Notes under the pieces: model-generated
What the model saw: only the letters and a program-made list of their open reading frames with translations
What the model was told of the DNA's origin: nothing
The model's database searches: none
Translations under genes and position numbers: made by a program
Shown here: positions 1-6,802 of the stretch, one piece after another
How the letters are laid out: every line of letters begins with the position of its first letter
Position numbering within the stretch: position 1 is the stretch's first letter
Assembly: GCF_006345805.1 (NCBI RefSeq)
Contig: NW_021826993.1
Coordinates: 1 to 11,561, forward strand
Direction of reading: 5' to 3'
From: Octopus sinensis
Lineage: Eukaryota
Length of the DNA: 11,561 nt

Positions 1-7
1 ATATATA

Positions 8-511
8 TAAAACAATCATGCATATATACTACATATATGTACGTACCTACATTTATATGTATATATACATGCATATATAGGTACAGGACACAAAAAAAAG
101 TCGAACACAATGAGAAACGAAAACATAAAAACAGAACCATGGAAACGGACATTTTTTTTAAACAACGAAAAAACAGGGTACAAGACATACAACACAAGGA
201 AAAATCCCCTTCTTCAGCCGCCTCCGTTTCGTCTACTCCGCGTTTCGAAGGTAAAGGCGAGATACGACTTCGGTGAAACGGTCCTTCCCGCAAATAATTT
301 GAAGAAGGGGATTTTTCCTTGTGTTGTATGTCTTGTACCCTGTTTTTTCGTTGTTTAAAAAGATGTCCGTTTCCATGTTTCTGTTTTTATGTTTTCGTTT
401 CTCATTGTGCTCGACATTTTTTGGGTGTCCTGTACCTATATATGCATGTATATATATATACATATAGATGTAGGTACGTACATATATGTATGTATATATG
501 CATATGTTTTA
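8..511. repeat. Long inverted repeat (fold-back): arms ~8-216 and ~300-511, 83-nt spacer; possibly an inverted pseudo-LTR of a Penelope-like element
   Basis: TTTTAAACAACGAAAAAACAGGGTACAAGACATACAACACAAGGAAAAATCCCCTTCTTCA (ending 216) is the exact reverse complement of TGAAGAAGGGGATTTTTCC...GTTGTTTAAAA (starting 300). Complementarity continues outward with few mismatches to ~8 and ~511. The PLE assignment is inference. Confidence 0.9.
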
Positions 512-562
512 TTTATTATTTTGTTATTTATGACGAAACGCCACGCATCCCTTCCAAGTAAG

Positions 563-606
563 TATAATATATATATATATATTATATATATATATATATT
601 ATATAC
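563..606. repeat. (TA)n microsatellite
   Basis: Direct reading, with minor interruptions. Confidence 0.9.
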
Positions 607-758
607 ATACATATTGTTAGATAGATTGATACACAGAAAGAGTAAAACATAGATGCACATACGTATATATGGGTGTGTATGTAGAAGCTGCGTATGGGAC
701 ACGTACATGTCTCTTGAAACCAGTGGATTCATGTTACATTTACTCGGTCCCAGATGAG

Positions 759-838
759 ACCACCGCCACCACTACCACCAACACCACCACCGCCAACACC
801 ATCACTGACAACAACAAACAAGAACAACAACGACAACA
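759..838. repeat. Degenerate (ACC)n/(ACA)n trinucleotide repeat
   Basis: ACCACCGCCACCACTACCACC...ACAACAACAA; explains the poly-T/N/Q stretch of ORF 669-872. Confidence 0.8.
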
Positions 839-1052
839 ATTTTCTACGATGCTAACTGATTATAGTTTTTAGTTTGCCATAATTACTTTCAAAGAACACA
901 AACTACTAAAAAAAAAAAATTTAATCAGATTTAGTATGTATTAGAATGGATTAGTGATGGTTGAAGGAGAACAATGTAAGATCCATTACTTTTGACATGC
1001 TGCTTGTGATGGGTTCGAATCACAGAAAGTTAACTTGTACAGGAAGAGTGTA

Positions 1053-1261
1053 AACGAGAAAGCAACCATATTCTGGGATATGCCAATATACACAGACAGA
1101 GAAATTAAGGCCAACAAACCAGATATAGTTGTCAGAGATCATGAAGAAAAAAATGCTTACTAATTGATGTATCAATACCAGCAGATGACAACGTGTCTCT
1201 AAAAGAAATGGAGAAACTTTCAAAATACAAAGACCTGGAAATAGAGGTAACCAGAATGTAA
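1053..1261 (+). pseudogene. Remnant of the restriction-like endonuclease (RLE, PD-(D/E)xK) domain of an R4/Dong-type non-LTR retrotransposon
   Basis: 1053-1151 translates NEKATIFWDMPIYTDREIKANKPDIVVRDHEEK. After a 1-nt deletion in the A7 run (1147-1153), 1154-1258 reads CLLIDVSIPADDNVSLKEMEKLSKYKDLEIEVTRM, then TAA. This matches the RLE pattern WD.PI.TD...N+PDI.......IDV..P......K..KY.DL. It is missing from the ORF track. Confidence 0.85.
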
Positions 1262-1645
1262 CAGAATCATCTATGAGATCACTTGATCTGTCAGAAACAG
1301 CAACCAAACTTGCTACAAAATCAAATGCTATTGTGAACAGTGCTTTTCATGATATAAAGAAAACAAAGCAAAAAACCCCAAATCAAATGAAAAAAAGGAT
1401 CCCGGTCGAAATGACTTTGACCAAAGTTATGCTCAAAGGAGAACGATCTGGGATTAAAGAACAACAACAACGTGAGTAGAAAGAGAATTCTAGTGGTTTG
1501 AAGTTCTGGAGAACAAGCATTCGATGGAGTAGTTTGTGCGGAAGTTGGGGATGAATAGATGATAAAAGGGTGAGTCAGTTGTGTTTGTATTACGGTGTTT
1601 TGTAATAAGTTAGTTTGGAGGTCGTTTACGTAACGGCGTATTGGT

Positions 1646-1705
1646 AAGAGGGAGAAAGAGTGTGAGAGAAAGAGAGAGAAAGAGAGTGAAAGAGGGAGAG
1701 AGGAG
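1646..1705. repeat. Degenerate (GA)n purine tract
   Basis: AGAGGGAGAAAGAG...GAGAGAGGAGAC; gives LPLSLSFSL in ORF 1321-1737. Confidence 0.75.
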
Positions 1706-1741
1706 ACAATACCTCTGTGAACCAGGTGTTGAAGCATGTCG

Positions 1742-2194
1742 CTTTTAACTTTTTATTTGCCTTTTATCTTGTTTCAGTTATTGGACTGCGGCCATGCTGG
1801 GACTCCACATGAAACTAGCAACTAAACTTTAGTCGACCAAATCGAATCGCCAGCACTTAGTTTTTTAAGCTTAGTACTTACTCTATCGGTCTGTTTGCCG
1901 AACCGCTAGGTATTCAGTATTTAAACAAACCAACACTGGTTGTCAAGGGGGACAAACACACACACACACACACATACACACACACACACATACACACACA
2001 CACATACACACACAGACATATACACATATGCATATATACATATATACGCATATACGACAGGCTTCTTTCAGTTTCCATCTACAAAATACTTTCACAAGGC
2101 TACAGTAAAAGATATTTGTTCAAGGTGCCACGCAGTGACCCTGAATCTGAAATTGCGTGGTTGGGATGTAAACTCTTTACCATACAGCCACACC
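1742..2194 (-). mobile_element. tRNA-derived SINE, family 1 (octopus OR-type), reverse copy with internal (AC)n
   Basis: Reverse-complement homologue of 5520-5918. The tail CTTGTTTCAGTTATTGGACTGCGGCCATGCTGG lies at ~1768-1800, (AC)n at ~1956-2050, and the head CAGGCTTCTTTCAGTTTCC...CAAGGTGCCACGCAGTG...ACCATACAGCCACACC ends at ~2194. Confidence 0.85.
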
Positions 2195-2588
2195 AGCGCC
2201 TATGTTGACACACAAATTATTGTCAATTACTTGAACAGCCTTCATTGTGATGGGCTTTATTTATGTGAATACGTTAGACTCATGAATTACACGGGGCTTT
2301 GCTTGACTATCATCCGGGACCATACATAATAAACACACTAAACAAATGGAATAAAGAAGGAGGAGGAAACTTCTTTCAGGACGCTTTGAATCTGCTGTCA
2401 GCATGAGGTTCAGCAGGTTGAGACTGCACGCGTCCATAGTCAAAGGCATGAAGAGCGGAATAGAAAATAAGTTGTCATTGAATTTCTATAGATTTGACAA
2501 CGACATAAAAAAAAGTAATTGAAGGGAGGCCAGGCAGTCCCGCCTTAATGACTATCAATGTTACTAATAACAGTTTAGTGATAGCTCA

Positions 2589-2613
2589 GTGTGTGTGTGT
2601 GTGTGTATGTGTG
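2589..2613. repeat. (GT)n microsatellite
   Basis: Direct reading. Confidence 0.9.
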
Positions 2614-2810
2614 TTGGGATGGGTAGTCTCTCAACGTGACAAGAAAACTGCTGGCTTAGTTGGCCAGTTGACATTTCATTGTATCAAGTTACTTTTATTA
2701 GTGACGGAGGCAGTATTACTACAGAAAGGTAATATTTATCCCCACTTAAACGTGGATGTTCTGTTGGAACAAACTATAATGCAGTAGATATCTTGATAGA
2801 AACTATCATA

Positions 2811-3024
2811 TTATTTCTTTCTTTATTGCTCACAGGGGGCTAAACATAGAGGGGACAAACAAGGACAGACAGGAGAAAAAGTCGATTACATCGATTCCAG
2901 TGCGTAACTGGTACTTAACTTATCGACCCCGAAAGGATGAAAAGCAAAGTTGACCTCGGCGGAATTTGAACTCAGAACGTAAAGACGGACAAAATCTGCT
3001 AAGCATTTCGCCCGGCGTGCTAAC
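2811..3024 (-). mobile_element. tRNA-derived SINE, family 2, 5'-truncated copy (lacks the first ~20 nt of the head)
   Basis: Close homologue of 3026-3247. It has a B-box-like GAGTTCAAATTCC on the minus strand (~2961-2973) and a tail ending in ...CAATAAAGAAAGAAATAA. Confidence 0.85.
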
Positions 3025-3025
3025 C

Positions 3026-3247
3026 TTTCTTATTTCTTTATTGCCCACAAGGGGTTAAACAAGGACAGATAAAGAGATTAAGTCGATTACATCGACCCCA
3101 GTGCGTAACTGGTACTTAATTTATCGACCCCAAAAGGATGAAAGGCAAAGTCGACCTCGGTGGAATTTGAACTCAGAACGTTTAAAACAGACGAAATACT
3201 GCTAAGCATTTCGCCTGGCCTGCTAAAGTTTCTGCCAGCTCGCCGCC
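3026..3247 (-). mobile_element. tRNA-derived SINE, family 2, near full length
   Basis: The minus strand begins GGCGGCGAGCTGGCAGAAACTTTAGCA (A-box-like), has GAGTTCAAATTCC (B-box-like) and ends GGGCAATAAAGAAATAAGAAA. Confidence 0.88.
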
Positions 3248-3697
3248 TTTCATATTGACAATATCATCGTTATCGACATCATTATCATCTTGATGTTTTA
3301 ACGTTCCCTGCGAGTTTCTATAACACCATCTCCATACGCATTTTCCTGTTCCTAAGGTATGTATAGCGTTGTCTTTAGGACAACGCTGCACGTACCTTAC
3401 GTAGGTACAATTGTTGGTTTGTGTTGGAAAACCTTATGTAATAAAATCAATGAATGCGTGAAGTGAACTTGCGGCCATTTTTTTTTATTTACTTAGACTA
3501 TGTACAACTCTATGTACTACACTGGATGCTAGAATTGCTGTGTAGGCACAGTAGCGCGCCAACTTCTGTGTTCCATCCACAAAATAGGAGAGGTTGATTA
3601 AAACGCCAATCTCGCTATTTACTATTTTGTAAAATAATTCCAAATATATTTGTTGCAGAATTTTAATAGGGGGGTGGGGAAGAATTCACACACACAC

Positions 3698-3810
3698 AAA
3701 AAAAAAGACGAAGACAGGTGGTGTAGACAACAAAAAAATGTATTAGTTTAACGCTCGGGAAGTGAAAAAGTCTTTAATGTTTCAAGCCTACGCTTTTCTA
3801 CAGAAAGGGA
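3698..3810 (-). mobile_element. Penelope-like element 3'/pseudo-LTR fragment carrying a hammerhead-like motif
   Basis: On the minus strand a hammerhead-like motif is followed by CTTCCCGAGCGTTAAACTAATAC (3762-3740), which resembles CTTCCTGAGCGTCCAATAATAC (10961-10982) behind the other hammerhead, then a T-rich tail. The PLE assignment is inferred from the known association of minimal hammerheads with PLEs. Confidence 0.55.
3772..3807 (-). ncRNA. Degenerate minimal type I hammerhead ribozyme-like motif
   Basis: The minus strand reads CUUU-CUGUAGA-A-AAGC(guag)GCUU-GAAAC-AU-U-AAAG. Stem I is CUUU/AAAG and stem II is AAGC/GCUU. The core is CUGUAGA (canonical CUGANGA), and AUU stands where a self-complementary ACGU stem III with a GUH site is expected. 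Confidence 0.5.
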
Positions 3811-3950
3811 CATACACACACACACACACACCACACACACACACCCGCATACATATATTCACACGCACACACAAATGTATCCTGCATAATAAATACATTC
3901 AGACATACGCCTATACACACATACATGTATATGCACGCGCAGACACATAC
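3811..3950. repeat. Degenerate (AC)n/(AT)n microsatellite
   Basis: Direct reading; explains the HTHT run in ORF 3762-3968. Confidence 0.8.
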
Positions 3951-4275
3951 ATTACGCTATTTGCTTAAGTTTGCTATTGTGTATGTTGAGGAAAGACGCC
4001 GGGAACGCCTTCACTGGTCATCAAACACCGAAACTGTTTCACAGAAAATTTTCCACGCTTTTATTCATACACCAATAACATAAAAAAGTTTGTATGCACT
4101 CTTATTTCACTCATAATCAGGTACTGTAATATTTAAATTTATTTCAGTTCTTCTAATTTATACTGAGTTGAGCATAAAATATTGTTTAATAAACGCTACA
4201 CTGTTAAAAACATACAATTATAACTAAAGTTATCCAAAACGGAGCTAGCTGAAATTATTTATCGTGTTATCAAGC

Positions 4276-4308
4276 AGTTGAATGTTCTACAGTGTAGAAC
4301 ATTCAACT
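4276..4308. repeat. Perfect 33-bp palindrome (16-bp arms, 1-nt centre)
   Basis: AGTTGAATGTTCTACA-G-TGTAGAACATTCAACT. Confidence 0.97.
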
Positions 4309-4715
4309 ATTGATTGGGCAAAGAAGCTACACTTTCTCCGAGGAGCAGCAACAAACCGTGAAACAGTCCGTCAAGTTATACCCTCCTTTCTCCCGTACAC
4401 CATTAGTATAAAAGATCGTGGTTACGTCGGATTTCATCTAAAGGAGGGATTTTTAATGTGTGTGTGCTTGTGCATGTAAGTGTACGCACTACGAATCTAT
4501 CGCTTGATGGGTGATCGGGCTACCGATAACGAATGTCAAGTGGTTGTTTAACGTATTTGACGGCCGATGTAACAAATATGAATGTCTTTTGACTGAATAA
4601 GCTTAGCAATTACTCTCTTCTCATGTCCTTTGAGAGTCAAAAATAATTTAACAGATACTTAACCACCAACAAATAGGCGAATTGGTTACACTAATTAGCC
4701 TCTAACGTAGTTTAG

Positions 4716-4745
4716 TATATATATATATATATATATATGTATATA
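4716..4745. repeat. (TA)n microsatellite
   Basis: Direct reading. Confidence 0.9.
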
Positions 4746-4829
4746 CCACACCGGAATTCTATATTTATGACACAGAAAATTTGATAATATGATTAGCACC
4801 TAACTATAAATTAGACGCTTAACATATTT

Positions 4830-4993
4830 TACATGGATATACATACATACAGACACATACACACACATACGCTCGCGCACACACACATGCACACACAAAC
4901 ATGTAAACATACATATACATATCCGCATATATAATTGCATAAATATGCATGTATGAATGAGTGTATATATGTGTATGTATATATGCATGCATG

Positions 4994-4997
<4 letters not shown>
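4830..4997. repeat. Mixed degenerate (AC)/(AT)/(ACAT) microsatellite
   Basis: Direct reading. Confidence 0.75.
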
Positions 4998-5068
<71 letters not shown>

Positions 5069-5175
5069 TGATAATAATGATAATAACATTACCATTATAA
5101 TTATGATCACTTTCATTATTGTTATTATTGTTGGTATATTATTTTAAAAGGATTGACGTAACTTCACGTATGGTC

Positions 5176-5207
<32 letters not shown>

Positions 5208-5255
5208 TATTATATTATTATTATTATTTATTTTTTATTTTTTTATTATTATTAC

Positions 5256-5296
<41 letters not shown>

Positions 5297-5378
5297 TATT
5301 TTTTTATTTTTTATTTTTTTATTATTATTACTATTATATTATTAGATATTATTATTTTTTTTTTTTTATTATTATTAC

Positions 5379-5441
<63 letters not shown>
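4998..5441. repeat. (AAT)n (4998-5086) followed by a long interrupted (ATT)n (5176-5441)
   Basis: Direct reading; source of the poly-I/Y/L ORFs 4829-5116, 5119-5538 and 5352-5597. Confidence 0.95.
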
Positions 5442-5519
5442 CTTTACGGAAACCGGCACCTTTCTCCGTGGAGATTTATATGAATTAAAAACTAGAGAGA
5501 TATACATACATAAATGCAT

Positions 5520-5918
5520 AGGAGTGGCTGTGTGGTAGTACTTGCTAACCAACCACATGGTTCCGGGTTCAGTCCCACTGCGTGGCATCTTGGGCAAGTG
5601 TCTTCTGCTATAGCCCCGTTCCGACCAATGCCTTGTGAGTGGATTGTTGGTAGACGGAAACTGAAAGAAGCCTGTCGTATATATGTTATATTATGTGTGT
5701 GTATGTTTTGTGTGTCTGTGTTTGTGCCCCTAGCATTGCTTGATAACCGATGCTGGTGTGTTTACGTCCCCGTCACTTAGTGGTTCGGCAAAAGAGACCG
5801 ATAGAATAAGTACTGGGCTTACAAAGAATAAGTCCCGGGGTCGATTTGCTCGACTAAAGGCGGTGCTCCAGCATGGCCGCAGTCAAATGACTGAAACAGG
5901 TAAAAGGGTAAAAGAGTA
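5520..5918 (+). mobile_element. tRNA-derived SINE, family 1 (octopus OR-type), full length and best preserved
   Basis: A-box-like TGGCTGTGTGGT (5525-5536), B-box-like GGTTCAGTCCC (5566-5576), central CTTGGGCAAGTGTCTTC block (CORE/Meta-domain-like), internal (TG)n, and a repeated GTAAAAG(G/A)G tail. Confidence 0.9.
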
Positions 5919-5927
5919 TACATACAT

Positions 5928-6481
5928 GGTGGCTGTCCCCTCGTTATCGAGTATGGCCATTGCACGAAGCTTAATCAATGTTGTTATCGTGCAATGCCTG
6001 TGCAAGAAGATCTTTTTTTTTTAAGTGAGGAAAGGCTGTGCACTGAGTCAATCCCACTCACTAAGCAACAGCAGCCATAATCCGAAAAGAAGAACAAGTC
6101 AACATCATCGGTAACCACTGAGCCGCAGATTTTATGTCAGAGTTATCCCAGTTACCTGAGTTACCTTCTCCTAGAAGGATGCCCTAACAAAGGCTAAGAG
6201 TCTTTCACTCCCAATGGTTTAACCGCGTGATCGGGTATTCAGTCCGATTATTTCTATGTCCCCGCGCATGATACAACCTTAAGACATTTATTGGATGGCC
6301 GTTGACTCTCAAGAGTTCCTCCGCCCTTTGACGGGTTTTATTTTTCATTCCGCAGGGTGTCCAATAAACACCCTCCTCATCAAGCAAGTTTGGTGGGGTT
6401 GCCGGTTTAGTCGCCGACGACCCGACCATGCAACAGGTTGTACTGGTCTACATGTTACCAGCAGCACTCGAAAGTGACCTG
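5928..6481 (-). mobile_element. ORF-less RTE-like non-autonomous element or RTE 5'-region remnant, flanked by ACATACAT on both sides
   Basis: The minus-strand motif TAGCCTTTGTTAGGGCATCCTTCTAGGAGAAGGTAACTC (6196-6158) resembles a block I recall from RTE-clade 5' regions. There is an HDV-like fold at the 5' end and no endonuclease/RT reading frame. The GC/CpG content is higher than in the flanks. Confidence 0.55.
6402..6481 (-). ncRNA. Partial HDV-like ribozyme fold candidate
   Basis: The minus strand reads CAGGU(P2)-CAC(P3)-UUUCGA(L3)-GUG(P3')-CUGCU(P1')-GG-UAA-CAUGUAG...UUGCAUG(P4)-...GUCG-UCGG-CGA-CUAA(J4/2)-ACCGG(P2', one mismatch). The 5' P1 strand is absent. Confidence 0.4.
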
Positions 6482-6560
6482 ACATACATACATACATACA
6501 TACATACATACATACATACATACATACATACATACATACACATACACATACATACATACA
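6482..6560. repeat. (CATA)n microsatellite
   Basis: Direct reading. Confidence 0.95.
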
Positions 6561-6562
6561 TA

Positions 6563-6732
6563 CGAGGGGATGATGAAAGGTTCCTGGCTTTGAATAAAAG
6601 AAAATACAGGAAAATCAGTTATGATTTATTCACCATATTCTTCTCTCAGATACACACACTTATTGCAGTGGTCTTTTTCTAAGCCAAGGACTTCTGCGAT
6701 ACTCTTAAAGACAGGAACTTTTCAGTAACTCA
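6563..6732 (-). mobile_element. Mariner-type MITE (~170 bp) with degenerate TIRs and TA target duplication
   Basis: The left end is TA|CGAGGGGATGATGAAAGGTTCCTGGCTTT. The right end reverse-complemented is TA|TGAGTTACTGAAAAGTTCCTGTCTTT. The minus-strand interior translates DHCNKCVYLREEYGE*, like the mariner transposase C-terminus KC....G.Y.E*. Confidence 0.75.
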
Positions 6733-6748
6733 TACACACATATAAACG

Positions 6749-6802
6749 TACATACATACATACATACATACATACATACATACATACATACATACATACA
6801 TA
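6749..6802. repeat. (CATA)n microsatellite
   Basis: Direct reading. Confidence 0.95.

Noticed and set aside
37-463. ORFs 37-276, 110-358, 233-463, 319-561 with mirrored peptides
   Set aside because: They are by-products of the inverted repeat and TA-rich microsatellite, with no protein family features.
1012-1021. Near-perfect Pol III B-box GGTTCGAATC upstream of the RLE fragment
   Set aside because: No convincing A-box or cloverleaf; at most a SINE relic or a chance match.
1273-1479. ORF MRSLDLSETATK... ending at a donor-like C|GTGAGT (1471/1472)
   Set aside because: No good upstream polypyrimidine acceptor, no recognisable homology, and not frame-compatible with the 8636 exon candidate.
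2403-2787. A 39-codon ORF that would join ORF 2548-2787 by a 1-nt shift in an A8 run
   Set aside because: The joined peptide is unrecognisable and runs through a (GT)n repeat.
2811-3247. Direct repeats that might suggest a CRISPR array
   Set aside because: The ~215-bp units have no unique spacers, the context is eukaryotic, and there are no cas genes.
3986-4040. Possible third hammerhead: TTGAGGA (3986-3992) ... GAAAC-T-GTT (4030-4038)
   Set aside because: Stems I and II could not be formed convincingly.
5520-5580. tRNA-gene-like A and B boxes (also at 3170-3247 and 7371-7413)
   Set aside because: No full cloverleaf, and each continues into a SINE body, so they are SINE heads rather than tRNA genes.
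4829-5597. Long ORFs rich in I/L/Y resembling membrane proteins
   Set aside because: They are translations of (AAT)n/(ATT)n microsatellites.
6336-6356. Strong acceptor-like TTTTATTTTTCATTCCGCAG|G
   Set aside because: It lies antisense inside the RTE-like element and has no convincing downstream donor.
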